DNA from: Ruditapes philippinarum
Lineage: Eukaryota
Length of the DNA stretch: 64,000 bases
Assembly (NCBI RefSeq): GCF_026571515.1
Contig: NW_026864584.1
Span: 1 to 64,000, forward strand
Reading direction: 5' to 3'
The notes under the pieces: generated by a model
Database searches by the model: none
What the model was told of the DNA's origin: nothing
What the model saw: only the letters and a program-made list of their open reading frames with translations
Translations under genes and position numbers: made by a program
Shown here: one piece after another, positions 52,248 through 64,000 of the stretch
Layout of the letters: each line of letters begins with the position of its first letter
Numbering within the stretch: the stretch's first letter is position 1

Positions 52248-54703
52248 CTTTTGTGTTATATACTGTGCTTAAAAACATAAAAAAATGTTTCAGCTTTGAG
52301 AACTCAGATTGATTTTGATATCATGTTAATGTTAATAACAAGCAAATAAAGAAATAAACACATTTTCTCTGATTTGTTAACATAGATCAGTTGTTATGCC
52401 ACAATTATTGTAATACTTTTCTTGAAAATATCATAATTTTTAATAAAATTATTTTTTGCTAAAATGTAAACCATTATAAAATAAAAACAATTTAATCTTT
52501 GTTAAAAAAATGCAAATTTGAATGCAATTTATTTAAAATTTTAATGCGTTTGTGTTATATACTGTGCTTAAAAACATAAAAAAATGTTTCAGCTTTGAGA
52601 ACTCAGATTGATTTTGATATCATGTTAATGTTAATAACAAGCAAATAAATAAATAAATAAGCACACATTCTCTGATTTGTTAACATAGATCTGTTGTAAA
52701 ATCACAATTATTGTAATACTTTCTCGAAAATATCATAATTTTTAATAAAATTATTTTTGCTAAATGTAAAAATATTATAAAATAAAAACAATTTAATCTT
52801 TGTTAAAAAATGCAAATTTGAATGCAATTTATTTTAAAATTTTAATGCTATTTAATTTTATTATATTTTTGATCTATGTAATTTAACGACATAAATAATA
52901 TTAATGTGTTAACAGAAATTACCTTTTTACAATTTCTTTTATTAAAAAAGTTGTTTGATATTCTTTATCATTATGTCGATATATTGATTCTGATTTCAAT
53001 AGTAACTTTAAGATACCTTAGAACGTGAATATGAAATAACGAAAAAGTTGCTCAACTTATTTCTTAACCAGATGGGAATAGTTTGTCGCAAGTATATACA
53101 GATGTTGACATAACACGGAAAACACAAGCTAGAGAAAAAACAAACGCATGTTACACGCTAAACGAACGAGAGTTAAACACATGTAAAACAGACGAAATGC
53201 ACAAAGATTCATGCAAAACGATATACGCAAAACGATAAACGCTCTCTCGAAACCTTTGAAAGTACACAAAATAAAAACATTTCTAACAGTTCAATAAAAT
53301 AAAACTTAAGATCGCTATATTATTTTAATGATTTGATTAAATGATAAGCATGTTGATTCTTTAAGGGTTCATATTAAAAAATACATCACACACATGAAAT
53401 AAGTTTTAACAATAATGTCTGTCTGTATTTTGCATTAGTTTCGTCTTAAAATCAATACCTTTAGTGCGGCGACAAGGAACACTTCCTCATTGCTGGTGGA
53501 TCTGATCATCAAGGTCTGCCCTGTTAGAAAAAGTACTATTACATGAATGCCAAGCCAATTTAATAGACAAAAATTATTTCACAATATGCTAAAAATATTC
53601 ATTCATATGAAAGGGTAAAAACATGTGCATCCTGAAGGGGATTTGAACTTAAGACCATCAGAATACAATACATCGGCACCACAAAATGGACCCAGAACCC
53701 CCGGAATATCGAATCGCAGCTGTACGGCTCAACCCTCACCTAATAAATGATCAGCTTTAGGAGGCTTATACCCTCATGGCACGATGTTGGGCGTCAGGTT
53801 AAGAAAGACGAAAGATCTCCGTACTTCCGTGATTTCGTATGAATGTGTAGAACAAGGGATTATTTTAACAAATGAACTAGTCATAAAAATGATTTTCAAA
53901 AAGGCTATGTTTTTAATAAAATAATTGTTTTATTTCAATCTGAAATTGTGACAGGTATACACTGACATTTATCAAAATGATTGAAAAAAGTATACTAGTC
54001 TTATCCTTTATAGGTATAAAAATCTGGGGAAAGGTGATTTTCGGAATTATTTATCACATCAAAATTACATGAAAGTTGCAGACTCGGTTTGATTGTGTCT
54101 GAACATGAAGGATAATGAAAAAGTGCAACATCCCTCGCGCAACCTACCTCCAGTTTGAGCGGTACTAAACTGTCAACATTTCAACCATTGTCTTCATAAA
54201 TCACCTCTATCTATCCAACAAGATGTATAATTTTGCATATTAAAGTTATACCTTCTTACCTTTTCCATTTTGTACAGCTAGCAATGAGTATATACAACAT
54301 CAATACGACTTTTGAAAGTTTCGTACACTCTTTTTTATATTTATGATGTTGACTCTTACATTGGCACTTGACATATAATGTTATTTGTTTCTGCTAATGA
54401 ATACAGTTCTTGAAGGTTTTATTCATACTTAATGAAATTTTGGTAAATGTTTATGTAAATGTCTTCAGAAGATAAAAGGAATACTATAATTATCATACAT
54501 TTATTTTATGCTTGTGAGTGGATTACTGTTTATCCGTGAAAATTATATTTGACGATTTCACAGTGAAAATTTTAAAAATATAATTTCACAATTTTTAAAG
54601 AATTTCTAGTCTAATATAAATTCGCCGTAAGTAACGGAAATAAGGTGGAATGGTCTACTAGAATTGTTAGTTTTTATTATTAAAACAAGCGATCATTCAT
54701 ATA

Positions 54704-55914
54704 TTTTTATGCCCCCGAAGGGAGGATATTAAAATTGCACCGTCTGTCTGTGCGTCAAAACTTCATTCCTGTCCGGACTGTAACTTTGTCATAAATTGAG
54801 GGATTTTGAAATGTCTACAACATCAAGACGATTGTTTGCGTCCAAGAACCACGTCCCTACCTCAAAGGTCAAGGTCACACTATCATTTTGAAGTTTCACA
54901 TTATCGCAATAAGATTAAATGGTACACACACTCTTGTCCGGACTGTAACTTTTTCATGCATCAAATGATTAAAAAAATATAGGCATACATGTCTACCACA
55001 TCAAGACGATGTGTCGCGTCTACGAATTACGTCCCCTACTTCAAACGTCATGTCACACTAACATTTTGAAGTTTCACATTTATTTATCACAATTAGAAAT
55101 AATAGGTACACACAATCCTGTCCGGGCTGTAACTTTGTCATGTATCAAAGGATTTTAGAAAAACTTGGCATAAATGTCAACCACATAGAGACAATGTGTG
55201 GTGTCTAATAATCAATTCCGTACCTCAAAGGTCAAGATCACAATAACATTTTGAATTTTCGCTTTATCACTATATGAGTTTATAGGTACCCACATTTGTG
55301 TCCGGATTTAATGCATGGAAGGATTTAAGAATAACTTGGCATAAATATCAAACACATAAAGACAATGTGTCGCGTCTAATAATCACGAACCTACCTAAAA
55401 GGTCAAGGTCACACTGCCAGTGTGAAGTTCACTTTATAACAATTACAGTTTATAGGTACACACATTCGTGTCCGTACTGTAACTTTGTCATTCATCGAAG
55501 GATTTTAAAATCACAAGGCATACATGTCTACCACATCAAGACGACATGTCGCGACTAAGACCCATGTCCCTACCTTCAAGGTCACACTTATAGCCCGTGT
55601 GTCTCCACTTACACAACAATCATGTCCAGACTCTAACTCTGTCATGCCTTGAGGGATTCTGAAATAACTAGGCAGACATGTCTATTTCTTTACATCATTC
55701 TGTCGCGTCAAGGAACCACGTCCCTTCTTCGAAGGTCAAGGTCACACTTATATTTTGAATGTTCACGTTATTACAATAAGGGATTAGGTGTACAATAATA
55801 CAAAGAACAATATTAAGCAACAAGTAACTTTCATTCTCTTTTCTTTTCATAATACTTGCATGCTTAGAAAACCTTTTTGGGGGCATTCGTCACCTGGGTG
55901 ACAGTTATTGCTTG
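54704..55914 (+). mobile_element. Helentron-associated non-autonomous element (HINE/pearl-type) with an internal ~155-185 bp satellite array (~6 units)
   Basis: 5' end tttttATGCCCCC followed by a gtctgtctg microsatellite. Monomer anchors gtcc(g/a) at 54771, 54936, 55120, 55300, 55470 and 55624, with aaggtcaaggtcaca motifs. 3' end has the inverted GGGGGCAT (55879-55886) and the hairpin gtcac-ctgg-gtgac. Confidence 0.8.
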
Positions 55915-57164
55915 ATAAAGTAATTAATATCCCCGCCATTTAATGTTTATTTTCGAACTTATTTTTCAGCTCTAGACTTCTACTATTTATGAGAAATTCA
56001 ACTGAAAATGAGGCTACCAGTGGGGAAAACGGATTTTAATATTAAAGTTAATATTGAGGAAATTTCATTTAAACTTGTTTTAGGCATAAAAAAGAAAAAA
56101 TGTTTGTTTGTTGTGTAAGATGTAATTTAATTTCATCTCGTAAACTAATAAAACAGTATTCTCTCTCGTGGCTACGTCACTCGGGAGAAAACTGTTATTA
56201 AAACCCACTCGATGAAATAAACAAACAAACAAATATCCTATGGTTATTGAATACCGATTATAGCAACATTGAAATAGATAATAGCAGAATTTCTAAAGAA
56301 AGTTGTTCGTTTCATTAAGTTTAATGTTGTTTTCTTTTCCCAGAATTTATACGTTTCTTGGATGTTTTATTCAATACTCAAAATAACTGTCTATGGAAAC
56401 CTTCCCCTTCCAAATATTCATTTAGTCTCTCCCATAGTTTTCTCATTTAGGGCACACTCATTCTTTTACTTTGAGACCCATACGCTACTTTTCTGCAGAT
56501 GTTTATTAATAGATACACTATTTTTATGCTTAAATGTTAAATACTGCTTAAGCTTGTAAAAGATGAGGAGGACGATAGTTTGTATGCTGGGGCAAAGGTT
56601 CATATTGGTTGTTCATTTCATTACATTTAAACTTAAGGTTGATAAAGATGAACATGGTTTCACTGATAAGTAAAGCAATCACATTTTACGTATCTGATAA
56701 AATCTGTTTTTGATTTTATTTCAAAAGTCCGTTACAAATTATAAAAATGTAACTAAAACTACTCCATTAATTTTATTTTTATTGTTTTTTCGTAAACAAT
56801 CAATAGGAACACCTTGACTATTATTTATAATTACCTGAAACTTAATACGGATTGAAAGTAATTCTACCACGTGGTTTTAGATGTAAACAAAATACTATTT
56901 AGAGAGAAAAAAAGAATATTTAAAGAAAGCACAACACGGCAATAATGCAGGATCAGTTTGATTGAACATGTTCATGGACGGTACTAGAAAGTGCAAGTTG
57001 TACTCGCAAGTGTGTACTTTTTGCTAATGTATAACGAGATTCTCAATGTATCTATTTGAAAGCCAAAAGTAAATTTGGGTCTATTTCGGTAGCATTATGA
57101 CTGGTCATACCTCTAAAAAACATAATCAATTTAAAATGCCCTTTGATGTAAAATTTAAACTATG

Positions 57165-58375
57165 ATCAATAAGGAAATAAATCAAGGGGCATAGGGAAGA
57201 TGCTTACCCTAGACGAGAAAACAACAAGGGACACAAGCAAAAGTGTCACCAAAACAGTATGAAACAACATAGACATACATCTGAGTAACACAGAGGGGCG
57301 CCGCCTTGAAACGGTCAGCAGCACAAGTACTGCTGGGGAGTTTAAACCGGTAAATGGTGCACCAAACCTCACTCTTATATAAAAGTAAACCCAATGTCCA
57401 TAACAAAAGTACTCAATGTCCTAAAGGAAGACATAGCAACAAGAAAGTGACCTACACGGACCCGACGAAGCAAGGCAGAAGACGAACATTAAGGTAATTC
57501 AGTCCCAAAGGGATTTAAGAACTATCCATCACTTGGTCCGTCAGATGTAATAAAAAGAGGAAAACGTAGTGTCCAACTGAAAAAGGGTTCAACACTAAGC
57601 ATGCAGTATGTCTTAAAATAGTAGGGCCATAACCTCTTTTAATAACACGTTTAATGATTTTAGTAAAACAGCAGAAAATTACCATGACCCAGACATCACA
57701 TCGCCATAAAAACCAGGCTGGCTAATCCTTGTTGAATTTAGAAATTAAATCAAAATTGCGATTGTAAAATTTTGTAAAACATTTCCGTAATTGATGATAG
57801 CGGTAGCCCTGTTTTAGAAGCTTGCTTGTAATGAAAATGTTCCGCTCTTTGAAATCCTTTACGTTGCTACAAGCTTTTGCGAATCTTATTAACTGAGAAG
57901 CGTATACCCCGTAAGATGTTGCATGGGGTACGTCTCCATCTAAATGAGGATAATTAACTATACAAAAATCAAAGTCATCTCTTTTATCATAGATTTCCGT
58001 GTGGATTAAGTTTTTGTTAAGTTGTAGTTCATGGGGATAAATGTCAGACACCGTTTGATCAAAATAAGAATTATCTTAATTTACAAATATCATCAAGGTA
58101 TCTGGAAGGATTATTGAAAGCGACTATTACATCTTGTTGTTTATCTTCAGAGAGACTCAACATAAAGTCTCTTTCATAGCATTATCAAAACAAATCGGCG
58201 ACCAGGGGTGCACAATTAGTACCCATGGGAATTCCTATGATTTGTTTAAATAGGGTATTACCAAACCTGACATAAATGTTTAAAAGAAAAGAGAGTGCTC
58301 TACAAACGTCGTCACAGGTTTACATAGTATAGTGTTTAACAACACAGTTATTAAAGAAAAGCTTTGTTCGAATTA
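57165..58375 (-). mobile_element. 5'-truncated, decayed Penelope-like retroelement (RT palm/thumb + 3' tail)
   Basis: Minus-strand translation gives IYVRFGNTLFKQIIGIPMGTNCAPLVADLF**CYERDFM...SRYLDDI, then a frameshift, then IYPHELQLNK...YDKRDDFDFCIVNYPHLDGDVP...YGVYASQLIRFAKAC (ORF 57722-58051). No GIY-YIG domain follows the RT, consistent with PLE clades that have an N-terminal endonuclease. Confidence 0.85.
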
Positions 58376-60577
58376 AATCCAACACGAATAAATTTCAACA
58401 GGTAGACAATTTTTACTTTTGATTTCTGAGACTTTATGTTGATGTAAAGATAATATTCTGTTTATTATTATATTGATTAATTGACTTAATTTATGTGAAC
58501 TTTTTATCGATATACTGTAATGAATAGTCAATAACTAATAGCATTAAATTACTGTTCGATAATTATAACATGTTCAGTTCCTAAGCGTCTACTTAGCTAG
58601 ACCGAAATACCGATGTCATCACGACCAGAAAATGTGTTCCTATCAAAAACAAGTGAAACTTATTTTAAGCGAAGGATTTTATTAGTAAATTTTCAAACTT
58701 ATAGGTTTAACTTTTTATATGACACATTCTTTAAATAAAATTTGCATCATGGATTTCTGCTTTAAATTCCAGAAAATAGAAGTGTAAATATTAGTCTTCA
58801 CATTCTCCACCTATATACTGCCGGAGGTCAAAATATGTCATACTGTAACAAATGACGAAAATGGATGCGATCATCAAGCGAGCATCAGACTAACAATGTA
58901 TGAGTGTTTCTACAAGAGCATAAGTGGCATTTGAGCTCATGTGACTATGGTTTGTGCAAAAATAAAAAAAAAACTTTCAGAAGCATTCGTTAAGGGGATG
59001 AACTCTATTCAGCAGAAAACGAGGATTGTCGACAACTTGCGTGCCATAGCAAGCGACATTATGTAGTTGTGTAGTAACCGCCAGTCTGTCATTGCCACAG
59101 AGATAAGAGCTTACTATTCAGTCTTGGGGACATTAGATTGAAGTAGTGATACAGTATGTCAGTGACTTCTTTTTCAAAACTAAATGAAATCTCACATATA
59201 TATAACTTTCAAGACGATGTGACGATGTATATTTTTTGGATGAGAATATAGATGAAAAATGAAAAACGGCATTTGATGTACTCTGAATATAGTTTGAGAA
59301 TCACTCGATCATTGATAAAAAATACATCTTTCTAGTAATTTGAGACAAAAAATCGTTATGATTTTAATTTTCATGTTCTCTGTCAACATATTTTGAAACA
59401 GCAAACTAAAGATGTAGTAAACATATTGATTTACTTTGTTCTAAATTTCGATGTCCTACAATGTGTCCTTTCGAAACCAAACATTATCGGGGGACTTCAT
59501 TACAATAACATTGCTCCCCTTGTCGATCATCACTTCTTCCGCATTAGTATTCATTTTTGTTTATTGTGCCTCATTATGAATGTGCTGAATGCAATCTACT
59601 GTAATGATACGAACAAACAAAAACCATAAGAGTCAAATGTTTGCTTTTTCCAGGAGTTTGAAGAAATGTTAGCGATGAAATATCATTGTCAATAAATAGT
59701 TTAACTTTAATTTATATAGTCAAGTATTGTCATATGAGAAAAGTACATAAAGTAAAACGGGTACACTGGTAACAGTAGGTCAAAAGTATTTAAATTTTGT
59801 GGAAAAAAAAATTGCCACATGCCTCTATTGTATTTAAAATATCTTTTACTTCCTCATTTTATTGTTTCAACATAACCAAACACGAGATACAATCAAGGAA
59901 TATATCGCTTTAAAATGGATCTTATGGTGATAAAAGCAAACGCAATAATCTAAATATTTTAGTGAAACAATAAGTATCCACTCCTAAAAGATTGAATCAC
60001 GCAATAGAATAGATTAAATATGAAAAGGCATTCCATGCCTTTATGGCTTACTCTTTTCTATTTTGTTACAAAGGCAAAGTTACAAGATGATGCATAATTT
60101 TGAATAAAAAAGTTAACAAAATGTTAAGTTTATAATGTATTTGATTAATTTAGCGCTTGTAATAAACAGGGCATTTTTCTAATCATAACGTAGATATCCA
60201 GACATTTTACAGACATTTAATCATTGATTATTTAATAAATACTTATCACTATCTAAATGAGAACGAGAATTTTCCAAATAAACATGAAAATTATTATATC
60301 TGCACATGTTTTACATGTATATCACTTCATACATGCTTTGTAAAACGGCCGAACATTTTGTTAACTAAGACTATGAATACACTATTTTAATCTAATCAAT
60401 TGCTTACAGTTAACCATATGGACACGCAAATTTCGCCTTTTAGGTAAACTGTATTCGCTCAGATAAATGTTAGAAATGCTGACACTTATATGACAGAGTA
60501 CCTTTAAAATGTAAACGACTTTACTTCTGTCCTCGTTTATATCATAAGTTTAGGCCAGTAGAATTTAAACGCTTCAA

Positions 60578-61754
60578 ATGATAATGGCAGTCAGTATTGT
60601 ATTATACGTAAATATTTTCCTAGCAAGCATTTTTTATTTTGTTCATTGTGATGGAACGTATTGTGACAAGTACCAGTGTGAATACAGTTTATTCAAGAAA
60701 GTTATTGAGTTGGAAAGCAAGCTTGATTCTTTGGAATTTAGATTAGAAGGTATTTTATTTCTATACAACTATTCCTGAGCCCTATTAGAAGTCTCTTGAT
60801 AATCCGACATTGAAAAACAAATATACAAAAATATGTACATAATTTTACTTTTTGTCTCATTTGTTGAAAACAAAATTCTATTTACTAAATACCGCAAATT
60901 GCTCTCTTTTGAAAAAAGTCAAGAATGCTTAAACTTGAATTAAAACATATTTTAGTTATGCCAGAGCTAAATCATTTACATAACTTTTAAGACAACTTAG
61001 TTCTTATAGCTCTGATAGCTCTTTGTTAGGTTCTTAAATCGTAGGGTCTTAAATTGTTGGTTATTTTATAAGAAACAATCTATAGTTGTACTTCAATAAG
61101 GTTGCTTAGAAAAATAAAATAACAAATAAAAAAAGCATCAAGTGGTAAATTTGACATAAATGATTCGGATTTTTTTCAGAAAATCGTAAGGAATCGGAAA
61201 ACGCTCCTAGAAGCGGCGGATCAACCTATGTACGATGGGGACGAACGACATGTAGAGGAGATTCAAAGGAAGTTTACAATGGATATGCCGCGGGGTCGCA
61301 GTACAGGCAGTCTGGTGGAGCAGCTAATGCCCTTTGCCTTACAAAGTCACCTAAATGGGGACGATATACATCAAAGGTAGAATCAGGCGGCGCCTATATT
61401 TACGGGGCTGAATATAGTGTGTACATGTACACGGACTGGACGTACTTGCATGACCATGACGTACCTTGTGTGGTTTGCCAAGTTCCACGAAGTGATATTT
61501 TGATGGTTCCTGGCAGTAACATTTGCCCAACAGGATACAAGTTCGAATACAATGTCTATCTAATGGCTGGACATTACGGAAAGTCTGCTGCTTCTGAATA
61601 CCTCTGCGTAGATTCTCTTCCGGAGAAATTATATGGTGGCGACGGAGATAAGAACGCAAAATTATTTAGTTTTGTTCAAGCTAAGTGTGGTTCTCTTAAA
61701 TGTCCACCGTATGTAAATGGACAGGAACTTACTTGTGCTCTATGCTCACGCTAG
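60578..61754 (+). CDS. Copy 8 (subfamily B): secreted coiled-coil + short-chain collagen C4 domain protein, 246-248 aa, intact
   Basis: Exon 1 is 60578 (or the homologous ATG at 60584) to 60749. Exon 2 is 61180-61754, after a 430-bp GT-AG phase-1 intron, and reads RSGGSTYVRWGRTTCRG...CPPYVNGQELTCALCSR*. Confidence 0.92.
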
Positions 61755-64000
61755 CCTTTTTATGATTGTATAGTGCTTAGGAAACATAAGGAAGTACTCT
61801 AATTTTTGAACCTCTTATGTATCTAACCGTTTTCATGTTAACGTTTATTACAATCAAACGAAAAAAAACTGCTCTGATTCGTTTATAAAAATCAGATGTA
61901 ATCTCTATTGTTACACTTTCTTGAAAATGTCATATTTGATAAAACTATTTTGCTAAAAATGTAAACCATTATAAACAGTTTTGTATTTGTGCAGAGAATA
62001 CGCAAATTTGAAAGCTATTTATTTTATAAAATATATTCTATTAAACGACACTTCCTTATTAAAAATGCTATATTACGTACATGCAGTTCACAAAATTGTC
62101 GTATTTTATTTTTAAATTGATATAGTGATTCCAATTTGAAAAGAAATCTACTTCAGAAAGCAATATTACAAAAAGAAAAATGCTGTCATACTTGATTGGA
62201 ATAGTATTGCGCACGTTTATACATATCTTTGATCATAACAGATCTCTTTAACAAATTTAGATAATAGACTCTTGCTTCATTACAATACGGTGAAGGTTTT
62301 GGTAAAAAGGAAACTGCAAACTATCGAAAATGCAAGCACATTACACGATAAGCGAAAGTTGAAGGTACGGTTTGATAATCGAATTGCACAGACCAGTTTA
62401 TGCTAAGAGATATAGGAAAAAATATAAAGGGTCTCTTGAAATGTAGGAGGCACGTTAAATAACAATAGTCTCAAAACGTTCAATAAAATATCATATTTTT
62501 ACAAACTAAGTGCCAAGATGATAATTAACCGATTTGATTAAATGATATATAAGGGTATATAAATGACCCTTTTCAAAAATTTTATACTTCAGTAAAGAGG
62601 TATCAAGTGCCGTTTGGCAGTAATTAAAATTTGTTGGATATTTTCGCCTTCGGGATCATCGATTTCAACACGTTGAAGTGTTGAAAACTGAGTTCCGCTC
62701 AAGACGGTCCTAGAGGCAGTAAGGGAAGTTGCACTTAAGATTTTCATTATCTCTCATGTACAGACACAATCAAACTGAGCCTGCAAGTTTCATGTAATTT
62801 TGTTGTTACCGATGCTTCCGAGGGATCACACTCTTCCAGATTTTATATTGAAATAACAACATAACTTTTAACAATAATGTCTGGCTATAAAATGCGTACA
62901 TTGCGCAGTTCTGAAAACAAACTAAGAATTAGAATAGGTTTGTAGTCGATGAAAGTGTTGAATGATGGCGGATGCTTACAATTATTTATCATGGATATTT
63001 ATCACGCTAACACCATTTCCTGCGTGGGTAAAAATAAAAACAGAATGAAAAACGCTTAAACAAACCAAGGGTTATTTTCTTCGTAGCGGCGAACGCAATA
63101 AAGAGGGGTTTTTTTACACAAAAGAGAACCAAATCAGACTGGTAGACCAGCATATTCCACGAGACCATCATTCGCCTATAAGTGCTAGTATGCGTATGCG
63201 CCGGCCAATCCACACAAGTCTATGATATGTACCGAAAACTGTGTTATATCTAGAATTTTAACTATTATTTTTGGACTCACATTTTAAGCGTGCAAAATAA
63301 AATAGTTGGAAGATCAACCACATGCTCCCCTATCGGCTGAGAGGCGTATTTTACTCTATTGATCCGGAGAAAGGGTGATTCCTCGGAGATATTGATCACA
63401 ACAAAATGATAACCGCCGTATGAACACATCTGCGGATGTTTCTAAACTCATTATTTCACAATTACCATTATAAATTGTTGCATTCAGGGAGCGTGGACGG
63501 TAATTTGCACTTTCCATTACCATCCATGAACCTGCAACATGTTCAATTTTGTCGTTTTGGACGTTGTTTAGAGATCCCTTTTTTCTGAATTTGATTGAGA
63601 CTGTACACAGGAAATCTCAACAATAGCACACTACGTTTCATAATGATTTACATCCTTATTTATAATTAAAAGCACTAAAACGTGCCGTAAACACACTGGT
63701 AGTAACAAGAGTAATCAGAAAAACTCATGAACACTTGAAAAATCGGGCATAAATTTGATAGCCTGGTCTGAATGTTTGCACTTTTCCATTAGGTTATTAG
63801 GTATGGCAGGGAAGAAGTTCACAAACGAACAGGTCAATATGTACGAATGAGCAAACAATTTGGAAATTTTACTAAAAACTACCAGATTTTAAACAAGAGG
63901 CAATGAAACTTTGACTATTAAGTTTCTGACACATTATACAATATGTATTGTAAACTGAATCATCAAAGTTTAAATAAGCACCTCAAACTCTCTTTATAGG

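Larger units (their letters stand above)
46911..54247. repeat. Recent ~3.7-kb direct tandem duplication (46911-50613 / 50614-54247) carrying copies 6 and 7
   Basis: Both units start ttagaaggatagtgatcagactg and end gcatattaaagtt, and they are near-identical throughout. Confidence 0.95.

Overview
AT-rich eukaryotic genomic DNA, most likely from a bivalve mollusc (inferred from the repeat families and the protein family; not prokaryotic). The window holds a tandem cluster of eight paralogous two-exon genes. Each encodes a secreted ~246-274 aa protein: signal peptide, then a Cys/coiled-coil stalk (exon 1), a phase-1 intron, and a 'short-chain collagen C4 / spongin-type NC1-like' globular domain (exon 2; YxRWGRTxC...IYGAEY...DVPCxVC...GYLM...CVD...CPPY...ELTCAVC). 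There is no Gly-X-Y collagen helix. Five copies (subfamily A) are on the minus strand and three (subfamily B) on the plus strand, with the two groups head-to-head. Five copies look intact, two carry a single nonsense codon, and one is badly broken. The cluster grew by a ~10-16 kb triplication (1-38.9 kb) and a 3.7 kb tandem duplication (46.9-54.2 kb), with visible gene-conversion mosaics. Interspersed elements include MITEs (Kolobok-like TTAA, Tc1/pogo-like TA), a solo LTR, a tRNA-containing mini-LTR preceded by a polypurine tract, a SINE, a Helentron-type element carrying a satellite, and a decayed Penelope-like RT. Three stretches (about 1-1.85 kb, 24.0-25.3 kb and 37.7-37.9 kb) look like unpolished long-read sequence.
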